Source: Deltaproteobacteria bacterium
GTDB lineage: Bacteria; Desulfobacterota; Binatia; Binatales; Binataceae
Assembly: GCA_021794015.1 (NCBI GenBank)
Contig: JAJYRQ010000007.1
Coordinates: 9,755-73,754 of the forward strand
DNA length: 64,000 bases
Direction of reading: 5' to 3'
Shown: positions 9,337 to 18,644 of the stretch, piece by piece
How positions within the stretch are numbered: the first letter of the stretch is position 1
How the letters are laid out: the number at the start of each line of letters is the position of its first letter
Program-made: the position numbers and the translations under genes
The notes under the pieces: model-generated
The model's input: only the letters and a program-made list of their open reading frames with translations
Database searches by the model: none
Told to the model about the DNA's origin: nothing

Positions 9337-10284
9337 CTAGAACGGCCAGAGCCAGTCGAAGAGGCGGCTGCCGGCGCCGACTCCCTGCTTGTCGCGGATC
9401 AGCCCCTTGCCGGCCAGGCTTACGTGCAGGTTGGCGACCTTGTACGACGGCACGTTGTTGTTCGAGTCCAGGTCTTCGATCCGGACGATGCCGCTTACCC
9501 GGACAGTGTCGGTTTCGCCGTTGATGTGAACCTCGCGTTCGCCCTTAACCACCAGGTCGCCGGCGGGCGTCATGGCGACCACCAGGGCGCTTATGTTGGC
9601 GGTGAAGGTGTCGCCGGCGGTCATGTTGCCCTGGCCGGCGGTGTTGTTCTGGGATGACGTGTTGATGAGGCTGCCCAGGTTGAGCAGCGGATTGTGAGCC
9701 GCCAGTGACTCGGTTCCGGTGAGCAAATTGGGCGCCGCGCTTTGCAGCGCGCGCTTGTCGGCGAGCGTAGTCTGCGCCGAGCTGGCCCCGCTTATCGACT
9801 CGCTCACTTTGACGGTGATGAGATCGCCGACTGCGCGGGCTTTGTAGTCGGCGGCTAGATCAACGTCGTTCTCGGCCAGTGCTATGGTGCCGTCGGCTTG
9901 GGCGGCGCCTTGTGCCGTGCCAGGGTAGGCCAGCTCGGCCGGCGCCATGAGCATCGCCCCGGCGCCTGGGCCCTCCTTGGGCGGGTCGATTCGAGAAGGA
10001 TTGGCCGGCGCCGGCTGCGGCAATGCCGCGGCGCCGCTTGCGCTGCCGGCATTGGCAACTTGCACCGGGCCGCCCGCGGCCGGGCTCGTCGGCTGCGCCG
10101 CAACAGGCGGATCGGGACTGTCGGCCGGCGCGTTGGATCGCTCGGAACGGCGGCTGCCGGAGAACAGAGGCGGTGCCAGTTGGGCCACCGTCGGCAGATA
10201 ACCCAGAAAAGGCAGCGCGGCGCATCCCGCGGTCGTTGCCGCCAGGACAAGCAGCGCGGCTGCGGTGCCCAGGGTCCTGCTCAT
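9337..10284 (-). CDS. flgH: flagellar L-ring lipoprotein FlgH (with a long low-complexity insertion)
   Basis: Lipobox 'AATTAGCA' and C-terminal 'GETDTVRVSGIVRIEDLDSNNNVPSYKVANLHVSLAGKG' FlgH core. Confidence 0.8.
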   Translation of the reverse strand: MSRTLGTAAALLVLAATTAGCAALPFLGYLPTVAQLAPPLFSGSRRSERSNAPADSPDPPVAAQPTSPAAGGPVQVANAGSASGAAALPQPAPANPSRIDPPKEGPGAGAMLMAPAELAYPGTAQGAAQADGTIALAENDVDLAADYKARAVGDLITVKVSESISGASSAQTTLADKRALQSAAPNLLTGTESLAAHNPLLNLGSLINTSSQNNTAGQGNMTAGDTFTANISALVVAMTPAGDLVVKGEREVHINGETDTVRVSGIVRIEDLDSNNNVPSYKVANLHVSLAGKGLIRDKQGVGAGSRLFDWLWPF

Positions 10285-11018
10285 TGCAACAGCAGTTCGG
10301 CGCTGTGCGGTCCGGTCACGCGGACCGTCACGGCGGTGGCGCCGGCAGGGTTGAGCAGGACGGTGTTATCGCCGACGGCGGCGTTAGAGCGGGCCTGCAT
10401 TCTTGTTTTGAGCGTTACCGGACCGTTCCTGACCAGCACGCTCACCAACTCTCCCGCCCGTATCGCAACCGGGCGGACCAACTGATTGGCGTAGACCGGA
10501 GCGCCTGCCGGGATGAAGACCGCGGCGATCCTGGGCGCGGGTAGTGAAAAGCTGCTCAGCGCGCCGGGGGCAAGGCTTGCGGCGTCGGCCCAGCCCGAGG
10601 TGAAATCGGCGGCGCTGAGTTCCTGCCCGGGGGGAATGTCGCGGGCGGCGCGCAGCACGCGATGCTGCAAGGCCACCAGGGCGCTGCACAGGCGGGTGCG
10701 GCCGTTGTGCTCCAGCTCGACCGTGATGCTGGGGGAGCTCAGCCGGCTGACGCCGGGCGCAACGGCCTTGAGTTGCGTGTCGGGTCCCGCCGAGCAGCCA
10801 AGACTTACGCTGCGAAGCCGGGTCTCGGGCGGCACCAGCGGCTGCAACTGTTCGCCGATGCGCGCCTCGAGCGCTTTGCGGGCGGCCTCCCGGACGTCGC
10901 CGGAGGTTGATGGCGCGGCTCTCCTGCCGGCCGCCTGGGCGGCGTACACCCACAACGCGGTGATGAGCAGCCAGATGAAGAGCGCCACGGCAAGCCGGGT
11001 ATGCTTTTGCCGGCGCAG
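10281..11018 (-). CDS. flgA: flagellar P-ring assembly chaperone FlgA (start uncertain: CTG 11018, GTG 10987 or GTG 11066)
   Basis: Signal-like 'RRQKHTRLAVALFIWLLITALWVYAAQA' and a C-terminal SAF-like 'NAAVGDNTVLLNPAGATAVTVRVTGPH'. The stop overlaps the flgH start. Confidence 0.5.
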   Translation of the reverse strand: MRRQKHTRLAVALFIWLLITALWVYAAQAAGRRAAPSTSGDVREAARKALEARIGEQLQPLVPPETRLRSVSLGCSAGPDTQLKAVAPGVSRLSSPSITVELEHNGRTRLCSALVALQHRVLRAARDIPPGQELSAADFTSGWADAASLAPGALSSFSLPAPRIAAVFIPAGAPVYANQLVRPVAIRAGELVSVLVRNGPVTLKTRMQARSNAAVGDNTVLLNPAGATAVTVRVTGPHSAELLLQ

Positions 11019-11154
11019 CCACTGATAGCGCGGCGGTCGAGCAAGCGCGCCTGCAAAGGGAAGCACCAGATGCTGTGAACCCTGCGGGCAAGGCCGCGCG
11101 GGCGCTTTGCGCCAGCCCCTGCGGCCGGCAGATGAAGCGGCAGGCCGGCGCACC

Positions 11155-11943
11155 TTACTTGACCAGGTTGTTGGCGATGCTTTGCATGTTGTCGCCAATC
11201 GACACCGCCTTGGAGCTGGCCTCGTAGGCGCGCTGCGCTTCAATCAGGCCGACCATCTCCTGGACTACGCTTTCGTTGGGCATCTCCAGAAAGCCCTGCA
11301 TGATCACGCCGAAGCCGTTTTCGCTGGCGATGCCGACCTGCGGCGGCCCAGCGCCTTCGCTTTCCAGATATAGGTTCTGTCCGATCGGCATTAAGCCGGC
11401 CGGGTTAAGGAAGCGCACGAGTTGGACTTGGCCGATTTGCGTCGGCACGGTCTGGTTGTTGACCTGGACCGACACCGTGCCGTCGGGACCGACGGTCGGG
11501 TTGCGCGCTCCCTGCGGAATGTTAATGCCCGGCAGCAGGGGATAGCCGTCCAGCGTCACCAGGCGGCCGTTTTGGTCGAGCCGGAAGCTGCCGTCGCGGG
11601 TGTAGGCGATACTTCCGTCGGGCATCGAGATCTGGAACAGCCCGTCGCCTTCGACCGCCAGGTCGAGCGGATTGCCGGTGTTCTCCAACTCGCCCTCGGT
11701 AAAAATCTGGTCGACCGCGGCCGTGCGCGTGCCCAGCCCGATCGACTTGCCGGTCGGCACGTAGCTTACCGGCGAGGATTGGGTGCCGGCCTCGCGCTCG
11801 TTGATGTAGAGGAGATCCTGGAAGCGGGCGCGCGAGACCTTGAAGCCGGGCGTCGAGGCGTTGGCCAGGTTGTTGGCGATCACCTCGGTGCGAGTTTCCT
11901 GGGCCTGCATTCCGGTTGCGGCAACCGACAATGACTGCAGCAT
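11155..11943 (-). CDS. flgG: flagellar distal rod protein FlgG
   Basis: 'MLQSLSVAATGMQAQETRTEVIANNLANASTPGFK' and C-terminal 'IEAQRAYEASSKAVSIGDNMQ'. Confidence 0.9.
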   Translation of the reverse strand: MLQSLSVAATGMQAQETRTEVIANNLANASTPGFKVSRARFQDLLYINEREAGTQSSPVSYVPTGKSIGLGTRTAAVDQIFTEGELENTGNPLDLAVEGDGLFQISMPDGSIAYTRDGSFRLDQNGRLVTLDGYPLLPGINIPQGARNPTVGPDGTVSVQVNNQTVPTQIGQVQLVRFLNPAGLMPIGQNLYLESEGAGPPQVGIASENGFGVIMQGFLEMPNESVVQEMVGLIEAQRAYEASSKAVSIGDNMQSIANNLVK

Positions 11944-11962
11944 GGTGCTCCGGGTCCTCCTG

Positions 11963-12673
11963 TTATGCCTGGAAGGTGAAGGCCTGAATGGCCTGTTGAG
12001 TGGTCTGGTCGATCGTGCTGACGGCGTGCATCGCGGATTCGTAGCTGCGCATCACGTTGACGAGTTCGACCATGCCGGTTACCGGACTGGCGGCCGATTT
12101 TTCCAGGTAGCCCTGCTGCAGGCTGCTTACGGCCGGCTCCTCTGCCGGCAGGGGCGAGCCGTCGGCGTTCTGGTACAGGCCGCTGCCGATCAGCTCGAGA
12201 TTGGCATCGGTGGCGTCGGCCAGTTTGAGATGGCCTTGGAAGACGCCGTTGACCGTCACCGCGCCGTCGCCGTCGATAAGCAGCGTGCCCGGCGGCACCG
12301 CCAGCGGGTCGCCGTCGGGGTTGAGCAGCGGCATACCGGAAGCGTTGAGTAGCGTGCCGTCGGAGGCCACTGCCAGACGGCCGTCGCGGGTGTAGGCTTC
12401 GCCGTTGTCGGTTGCGACGGCCAGGTAGCCGTCTCCCACGATGGCGACATCGAGCGGGTTTGCGGTGCGTTCGAGCATGCCCGGGCCGCCGGCCGGCTCG
12501 GCGCGGGGCGGCGCCGCGTACTGGTAGGGCGAGCCGGCCGCGCTTGCGCTCTGCGCCACTATCTCGAGGCGGCGAAAGCCCGGGGTCGAGGCGTTGGCCA
12601 GGTTGTGGGCCTTGACCTCGAGCACCGCGGCCTGGAAGGCGGCGCCCGAGGCGGCGAGGTAAAGCCCGTTCAT
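11963..12673 (-). CDS. flgF: flagellar proximal rod protein FlgF
   Basis: ATG at 12673 is preceded by AAGGAG and gives 'MNGLYLAASGAAFQAAVLEVKAHNLANASTPGF'. The C-terminus reads 'VELVNVMRSYESAMHAVSTIDQ'. The start overlaps the fliA stop as ATGA. Confidence 0.8.
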   Translation of the reverse strand: MNGLYLAASGAAFQAAVLEVKAHNLANASTPGFRRLEIVAQSASAAGSPYQYAAPPRAEPAGGPGMLERTANPLDVAIVGDGYLAVATDNGEAYTRDGRLAVASDGTLLNASGMPLLNPDGDPLAVPPGTLLIDGDGAVTVNGVFQGHLKLADATDANLELIGSGLYQNADGSPLPAEEPAVSSLQQGYLEKSAASPVTGMVELVNVMRSYESAMHAVSTIDQTTQQAIQAFTFQA

Positions 12674-13275
12674 CGGCGCTCCTTTTCCTCCAGTGCTTTT
12701 TTTAGCTTGGCCAGGGATTGCCGGATAAGCCGCACCAGCGCGCCCGGCGTCTGTTCCACCACCGCGGCGATTTCGGCCAGGGTCAGCTCCTCGTAGTAGT
12801 AAAGCGTCAGGACAAGCCGTTCGGCCGGGGTAAGCAGGTATTCCATGAGTTGGCGGACCTCGGCCGCTTCGGCGCACGCGCCCGCGCTCGGCGTGCGCTC
12901 GTCGGGCAGCGAGTCGGGTTCGACCGGATCGCCCGGCGCCACCAGCGCGGCCTGCGGGCCAAGTCCCGAGGCCTGGATGGCCAGATTTATCTCCCGCATC
13001 AGCGCGCCGTGGATGTGGGCGTGCGCAAAGGCGGCGAAGGCCACGCCGCGCCCCGGATCGAAGCGCCGGGCGGCGAGCAAAAGTCCGTAGCCGCCGGCCG
13101 ATAGCAGGTCGTCGCGCGTAAGCCCAAGGCGCGCCGACAGCCAGACCCGCGCAACCGCTCTGGCCACCAGCGGCAGATGGCTTTCCACCAGTTGCCTGAT
13201 CCGTTCCTGGGCCGCGCTATCGGCGCCGGCGCAGGCGGCGGGCGGCTCGGCCAGAATCGTCGAGTAGCCCTTCAC
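12670..13275 (-). CDS. fliA: flagellar sigma factor FliA (sigma-28)
   Basis: Sigma-70 region 2 'LVESHLPLVARAVAR' and region 4 'ERLVLTLYYYEELTLAEIAAVVEQTPGALVRLIRQSLAKL'; 201 aa. Confidence 0.85.
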   Translation of the reverse strand: MKGYSTILAEPPAACAGADSAAQERIRQLVESHLPLVARAVARVWLSARLGLTRDDLLSAGGYGLLLAARRFDPGRGVAFAAFAHAHIHGALMREINLAIQASGLGPQAALVAPGDPVEPDSLPDERTPSAGACAEAAEVRQLMEYLLTPAERLVLTLYYYEELTLAEIAAVVEQTPGALVRLIRQSLAKLKKALEEKERR

Positions 13276-15317
13276 TTGATCCTCCCGACCACGACCGGGG
13301 TGACATAGGCCGGGATGTCGGTGGCACCCAGAACCGTCAGGTGGCGCGACACGCGCCGGGCCACCAGCTCGAACATGCGGCGTACCTGGGGTGAAACCAC
13401 GATGACCGGCGCCTCGGCCGACGCCGCGCTCCCTTCAACGGCACGTTGGATCGCTTCGGTCAGGCGCTGGATAACCTCGGGATCGGCGGGTATCGGCTGC
13501 TCGGCGGCCAAAGCGGCGAACAGCGGCTCTTCCAGCGCCGGGTCAAGCAGGATGACCGCCAGGGTGCCGTCGCTGCGGCGCAACGGCTCGCAAATGATCC
13601 GGCCCAGGCGCGGCCGAATGCGCTCGGCCAGCTCGCTCGGTTCCTTGGCGGCCGCACCTTCGGCCGCCAGCGCCTCCAGGATGACCGGGAGGTCGCGGAT
13701 CGCGACGCGCTGGGAGAGCAGCAGTTGCAGCACCCGGTGCACCGTACCGAGATGGATGTTGAGGCCGGAGAGTTCCTCGACGATGCGCGGCACGACCTTT
13801 TGCGCCTGCTCGAGCATCGTTTCGGTCTCCTTGCGGGTCAGGATTTCCGCGCCGTGGCTACGCACCACCTCGGCAAAGTGGGTTACCAGCGCGGTGAGCG
13901 CGTCGACCACCGTGTAGCCGCGCAGGCGCGCGTTGGTTGCCTGTTCCGTGGTGAGCCAGAGCGCCGGCAGGCCGAAGGCCGGCTCGACCGCGGCCAGCCC
14001 CTGGACGCTTTGGTGCGGTCCGCGGCTGCCGGCGATCGCCAGGCTCATCGTGGGGCGTAGCTGGGAGCGGGCGACTTCGGTTGCGCGCACCAGGATGCGG
14101 TAGCTGTTTGGCTCCAGCGCCAGGTTGTCGGCCAGGCGTACCGCCGGCAGCGTAAGCCCCAACTCGTCGCGCAGCTTGGGCCGCAGCGCCTGGATGCGTT
14201 CGACCAGCTTCCAGGGCTCGTTGACAAACGGCACCAGCGCGGCGCCGAGCTCGATTCGGATCGGCTCCGGCCAGGGGCCTTGGCTGCTCTTGTCGCCCGC
14301 CGCGGCTTTGGCGGCCGCCGGCGCCTCGCTGATGGCCGCGGCGGCAATTAGCCGGCCGCGCCGGGCCAGCGCCGCCAGCGTTGCCGCCATCAGGATGAAC
14401 GGCAGATGGGGCAGCCCGGGCGTGAGTGCCAGGAGCCCCAAAAGGCCGGCGGTTCCTAAAAGCGTTCCCGGGCTGCGCAAAAGCTCATGACCGATTGACT
14501 GCGCCAGGTCCGAATCGCTCCCGGCGTGCGCCACGATGATCCCCGCCGCGGTTGAGGTCAGCAGGGCCGGGATTTGCGTGGCCAGGCCGTCGCCTACCGT
14601 GAGCACCGTGTAAGTATGGAGCCCCGCGCTGAGCGTCAGGCCCTTTTCAAAGACGCCGATGAACAGCCCGGCCACCAGGTTGATCGCCATGATGAGAATG
14701 GCTGCCACCGCGTCGCCCCGCACGAACTTGCCGATCCCGTCCATGGCGGCGTAGAAGTCGCCCTCGCGCGCCAGCTCGCGCCGGCGCCGGCGCGACTCCT
14801 CTTCGCCGATCATGCCGGCGTTTAGGTCGGCGTCGATCGCCATCTGCTTGCCGGGCATGGCATCCAGCGCGAAGCGCGCCGCCACCTCGGCCACCCGGCT
14901 TGCGCCCTTGGTGACCACGGCGAAATTGATGATCGCCAGCACGACGAACACCACCACGCCGACCGCGTAGTTGCCGCCCACTACCGCGCGCCCGAAGGAC
15001 TCGATCACCACGCCGGCGGCGCCCGGGCCCCGCTCGCCATGCAGCAGGATGAGCCGCGTCGAGGCGACGTTGAGCGAAAGCCGCAACAGGGTTGCGCCCA
15101 GCAGCACCGTGGGAAATGCCGAAAAGTCCAGCGGCCGGCGGCTGGCCGCAGCTACCACCAGCACCGTTAGCGACAACGCCAGCGAGAGCGCCAGCAGCAT
15201 GTCGAGCAGGCCGGGGCTGATGGGCGCTATCATGCCGGCCAGCACCAGCACCGCGCCCAGCGGCAGCGCCAGCTCCGAGGCGGTCATCAGCGGTCCGGTG
15301 TTGGTTGGCGCGGCCAT
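13272..15317 (-). CDS. flhA: flagellar export apparatus protein FlhA
   Basis: 681 aa with N-terminal TM domains, then the FHIPEP core 'GGNYAVGVVVFVVLAIINFAVVTKGASRVAEVAARFALDAMPGKQMAIDADLNAGMI' and a cytoplasmic ring domain. Confidence 0.95.
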   Translation of the reverse strand: MAAPTNTGPLMTASELALPLGAVLVLAGMIAPISPGLLDMLLALSLALSLTVLVVAAASRRPLDFSAFPTVLLGATLLRLSLNVASTRLILLHGERGPGAAGVVIESFGRAVVGGNYAVGVVVFVVLAIINFAVVTKGASRVAEVAARFALDAMPGKQMAIDADLNAGMIGEEESRRRRRELAREGDFYAAMDGIGKFVRGDAVAAILIMAINLVAGLFIGVFEKGLTLSAGLHTYTVLTVGDGLATQIPALLTSTAAGIIVAHAGSDSDLAQSIGHELLRSPGTLLGTAGLLGLLALTPGLPHLPFILMAATLAALARRGRLIAAAAISEAPAAAKAAAGDKSSQGPWPEPIRIELGAALVPFVNEPWKLVERIQALRPKLRDELGLTLPAVRLADNLALEPNSYRILVRATEVARSQLRPTMSLAIAGSRGPHQSVQGLAAVEPAFGLPALWLTTEQATNARLRGYTVVDALTALVTHFAEVVRSHGAEILTRKETETMLEQAQKVVPRIVEELSGLNIHLGTVHRVLQLLLSQRVAIRDLPVILEALAAEGAAAKEPSELAERIRPRLGRIICEPLRRSDGTLAVILLDPALEEPLFAALAAEQPIPADPEVIQRLTEAIQRAVEGSAASAEAPVIVVSPQVRRMFELVARRVSRHLTVLGATDIPAYVTPVVVGRIK

Positions 15318-15332
15318 TGGTATTCTCCCGAG

Positions 15333-16415
15333 CTAGGTCTGTGCCGGCGCGTTTTGGGCGGCGCCGGTCTCGGATGCGCGCGGCGGGCGGCCGCGCATGA
15401 TAAGGGCCAGGACCTCGGCGATCGCCCGGTAAAAGGCGCGTGGAATGAAGTCGCCCACTTCGACGGCGCGAAACAGCGCCTGGGCGAGCGGGCGGTTCTC
15501 GACCACCGGCACGGCTGCCAGGCGCGCCACGGCGACGATGCGCGCCGCGCCGGCGCCGGCGCCCTTGGCCACCACCAGCGGCGCCGGGTCGAAACCCCGG
15601 CGGTAGCGCAGTGCCACTGCCAGGTGGGTCGGGTTGGTCAGCACCACGCTGGCCGATGCCGCCTGGTGCATCCCGCCGAAGCGCCGAACCCGCTTGAACA
15701 GCATCCGCCGCAGCACGCGGCGTACGTGCGGGTCGCCTTCCTCGCGGCGCAATTCGTCACGGAACTCCTGGCGCGTCATCCGCAGCTCGCTTTCCTGTTC
15801 GTGCCAGCGGTGGAGGTAATCAATGACTCCCACCGCCAGAGCGAGCACCGCCCCGGCCAGCAGCACTCGGCTTGCGCTCCACGCCCAAAGCGCCAGCCCT
15901 TTGCTCACCCCGCCGTCTGCCGGGTAGCGTTCCAGCGCATCGCGCGCCACCGCCCAGCCGACGAAAAGCAGGGGAACGATTTTAAGCAGCGCCCGGCCAA
16001 GCTCGACCCAACTGGCCGAGGAAAAGGTCCGCGCCAGGTACTTCGCCGGATTCAGGCGCGCCGGGTCGAATACCAGCCTTGCCGGAGTAAACAGAAACCC
16101 GCCCTGAAGCGTTGCCCCGAGGAGCGCAACCGCCGCCAGTACAAGGCCGAACAGTATCGCCCAGGCCAGCGGCTTAAGCAGCGCAAAACGCGTCGCGCCC
16201 GCTAAGTCGCTTGCCCCGCTGACGTTCATCACCGCGCCAAAGCCGCTGAGCGCCAGGGCCGACCATGTCCGCACGCCGGCGCAAAGGCCAAGCGCCACAA
16301 CCGCAAAAGCAAACGCCCCGGTCAGCTCGCTGCTGCGCGCCACCTGCCCCTGTTCCCGAGCGCGCTGGCGGCGCTGCGGCAGCGCGGGGAAAATCTTTTC
16401 CTCGCGCTCAGCCAT
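15333..16415 (-). CDS. flhB: flagellar export apparatus protein FlhB
   Basis: 'MAEREEKIFPALPQRRQRAREQGQVARSSEL' and the autocleavage site 'NPTHLAVAL'. Confidence 0.9.
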   Translation of the reverse strand: MAEREEKIFPALPQRRQRAREQGQVARSSELTGAFAFAVVALGLCAGVRTWSALALSGFGAVMNVSGASDLAGATRFALLKPLAWAILFGLVLAAVALLGATLQGGFLFTPARLVFDPARLNPAKYLARTFSSASWVELGRALLKIVPLLFVGWAVARDALERYPADGGVSKGLALWAWSASRVLLAGAVLALAVGVIDYLHRWHEQESELRMTRQEFRDELRREEGDPHVRRVLRRMLFKRVRRFGGMHQAASASVVLTNPTHLAVALRYRRGFDPAPLVVAKGAGAGAARIVAVARLAAVPVVENRPLAQALFRAVEVGDFIPRAFYRAIAEVLALIMRGRPPRASETGAAQNAPAQT

Positions 16416-17184
16416 TGAGCCAACCCAGCGCCTGGTCCATCATCGCCTCCCAGACCCGCTCAATCCCGGTTACCAAGCCGTAGGAGTAGCCGAGCATCAA
16501 AAGCAGCCCGGCGATCGTCATGGCGGCCGGCGCGGCCATCAGGGGATTGAGTTGCGGCGCGATGCGCGCGAGCACGCCCTGGACCAGCGCCAGCGCGAAA
16601 AGCGGCACCAGCAGCGGCAGCGCCAGTTCAAGGCAAATCACGAAAATCGATCCCGCCGCGGCCAACACCGCGTGCAGCCCGGGCAAGGCGGCTGCGCCCA
16701 GCGGTATGGTGCTCAGGCTCTTGCCCAGGGCGAGCAACAGCGAGCGGTGAAAGCCCGCGACGAAAAAGACCAGCCCGGCCAGCGCCGCCAGCGCCTCGCT
16801 CAGCACGTTGGGCGCCTGCGCGGCAGCGCTGAGTTGGCTTACCCCGCGCAAAAGACCACCTGCCTGCAGCTCCATGGTGTTGCCGATAAGCTCGCCCGCC
16901 ATCAGCACGGCGCCGACCGCCAGCGCCGTGGCAAATGAAATGAGAAGCCCCAGCACGATCTCGGGCGCCACCATCAGCGCCACGCCCAGCGCCCCCTGGG
17001 CCGGCGCCGCAGCCAGACGCGCCGCGGGCAGCAGCGCCGCCGAGAGCAGTGCCGCCAAAAGAATCCGCACCTGGACCGGCAACGCCACGCCCAGCATCGC
17101 GGGCAGCGCCAGCAGCACGGTGCCCGCGCGCGCGAACAGCAGCACGTAGGCCAGCGCGAGCTGGTCGGCAAAGCTTAAGTTCAC
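16408..17184 (-). CDS. fliR: flagellar export apparatus protein FliR
   Basis: GTG start at 17184 overlaps the fliQ stop, giving a polytopic product of about 259 aa. The ORF-track N-terminal extension is an artefact. Confidence 0.8.
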   Translation of the reverse strand: MNLSFADQLALAYVLLFARAGTVLLALPAMLGVALPVQVRILLAALLSAALLPAARLAAAPAQGALGVALMVAPEIVLGLLISFATALAVGAVLMAGELIGNTMELQAGGLLRGVSQLSAAAQAPNVLSEALAALAGLVFFVAGFHRSLLLALGKSLSTIPLGAAALPGLHAVLAAAGSIFVICLELALPLLVPLFALALVQGVLARIAPQLNPLMAAPAAMTIAGLLLMLGYSYGLVTGIERVWEAMMDQALGWLNG

Positions 17185-17453
17185 TGGCGGACGATCCACG
17201 GAATCGCTCCCAGGGTCTTGTCGACAAAGCCGCTGAGCAGCCGGGCCGCCTGACCGGCCCACAGCCACGTTACCAGCAGCGCTGCCGCCAGCTTGGGCGC
17301 AAACGAGATGCTGGAGTCCTGGACCTGGGTGGCGGCCTGCAGCACCCCGATCACCACGGCGGCCGCCGTGACGCATCCCAGAATCGGCGCCCCCAGCTCG
17401 ACCGCCAGCCAGAGCGCCGAGTGAAACAGATCGGCAGCCAGCGTCGGCGTCAT
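17181..17453 (-). CDS. fliQ: flagellar export apparatus protein FliQ
   Basis: About 90 aa, 'MTPTLAADLFHSALWLAVELGAPILGCVTAAAVVIGVLQAATQVQD', a typical FliQ hairpin. Confidence 0.85.
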   Translation of the reverse strand: MTPTLAADLFHSALWLAVELGAPILGCVTAAAVVIGVLQAATQVQDSSISFAPKLAAALLVTWLWAGQAARLLSGFVDKTLGAIPWIVRQ

Positions 17454-17478
17454 CGTCGTAAACCTCCTTGCTCCCCGG

Positions 17479-18219
17479 TCAGGCAAAGCTCCCAGCCAAA
17501 TTGCCCAGCAACAGCGGCCAGCCCGAGGCCAGCACAAAGACCAGCAGCTTTAGCGGCGTCGAGATAATTGCCGGCGGCAGCATGAACATGCCTAGGGCCA
17601 TCAGCACCGCCGAGGTGACCAGATCGATCGCCAGAAAAGGCAGGTAAATCAGGAAGCCCACCCGGAAGGCCGCGGTCAACTCGCTGGAAACGAAAGCCGG
17701 CACCAACGCGTAAAACGGCATCGCCTCCGGCCGCGCATCCGCCGGCGCACCGCGCGCATGGGTCAAAAGCGCGCGCGCCATCGCCAAGTCTTCGCGCCGG
17801 GTCTGGCGCAGCATGAACTCCCTTAGCGGCTCGGCCGCGCGCTCGGCGGCCTCGCCCGAGGCAAGCTTGCCCGCCAGATAAGGGTCCAGCGCGCCCTGCC
17901 GGATGCGCTGCCAGGTGGGCGCCATCACCAGCACGGTGAGAAACAGCGAGATCCCGGTAAGCACGATGTTCGGCGGGGTTTGCTGCAGGCCGAGCGCCTG
18001 GCGCAAAAGCGACAGCACAATCACGATTCGGGTGAACGAGGTCAGCATCACGAGCAGCGCCGGAGCCAGCGTGACCAACGCGAACAGCGCGGCAAGCTCC
18101 AGCGGCTCGGCCGCGCGCTTGCTCTGGATGCTGAGGTCGAACGCCCAGGCGCAGGCCGGCGCCGCCGCAATCAACGCCGCCGGCACGCCGGCCAAGCATA
18201 TGGCCTGCCGCGGTTTCAT
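17479..18219 (-). CDS. fliP: flagellar export apparatus protein FliP
   Basis: Signal peptide followed by 'LLVMLTSFTRIVIVLSLLRQALG...PTWQ'. Confidence 0.9.
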   Translation of the reverse strand: MKPRQAICLAGVPAALIAAAPACAWAFDLSIQSKRAAEPLELAALFALVTLAPALLVMLTSFTRIVIVLSLLRQALGLQQTPPNIVLTGISLFLTVLVMAPTWQRIRQGALDPYLAGKLASGEAAERAAEPLREFMLRQTRREDLAMARALLTHARGAPADARPEAMPFYALVPAFVSSELTAAFRVGFLIYLPFLAIDLVTSAVLMALGMFMLPPAIISTPLKLLVFVLASGWPLLLGNLAGSFA

Positions 18220-18644
18220 TCGACCAGGTAGTCCTTGAAGTAGAGCGAGCTTACGGCGCCGGGGAACGGGCGCTTAAGCGCCTCAATGATGTCGTGCTTG
18301 AGCTTGCGGGCGCCGGCCGGCGTCATCAGCTCGGTCGAGGTGCTCGAACTTGCCACCAGCAAAATGGCGTCGCGCACCATCGGCAGATGGCGGGTCAGCT
18401 CGTCCTGGCTTCCCGGCCTGACGGCCAGCACCGGCGCAAACTTGAGGTAATGCTCGTCGCCGGTGTCGGCCAGCCGCAGCGTGAAGTTGTCCAGGGGCAG
18501 GTAGACCGGCGCCTGCGCCTCGGTGGCGGCGGCGGCGTGCGCGCTTGCGCGCAGGCCGCCCGGGTAGTAGTAACGGCCGGCGAAAAAGCCCGCGCCGCCC
18601 AGCACCAGCGCCGTCGGCCCAAGCAGTAAGAGCAGCTTCTTCAT
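18216..18644 (-). CDS. fliL: FliL-like flagellar basal-body-associated protein (sits in the FliO position)
   Basis: 142 aa with a single N-terminal TM segment 'MKKLLLLLGPTALVLGGAGFFAG' and FliL-like 'YLKFAPVLAVRP...MVRDAILLV'. Confidence 0.5.
   Translation of the reverse strand: MKKLLLLLGPTALVLGGAGFFAGRYYYPGGLRASAHAAAATEAQAPVYLPLDNFTLRLADTGDEHYLKFAPVLAVRPGSQDELTRHLPMVRDAILLVASSSTSTELMTPAGARKLKHDIIEALKRPFPGAVSSLYFKDYLVE

Noticed and set aside
9056-10544. Numerous antisense or overlapping ORFs inside flagellar genes (for example 9139..9657 +, 9898..10485 +, 10384..11091 -)
   Set aside because: High-GC DNA keeps non-coding frames open. These translations are Arg/Ala/Gly/Pro-rich and fall wholly inside confidently identified genes.
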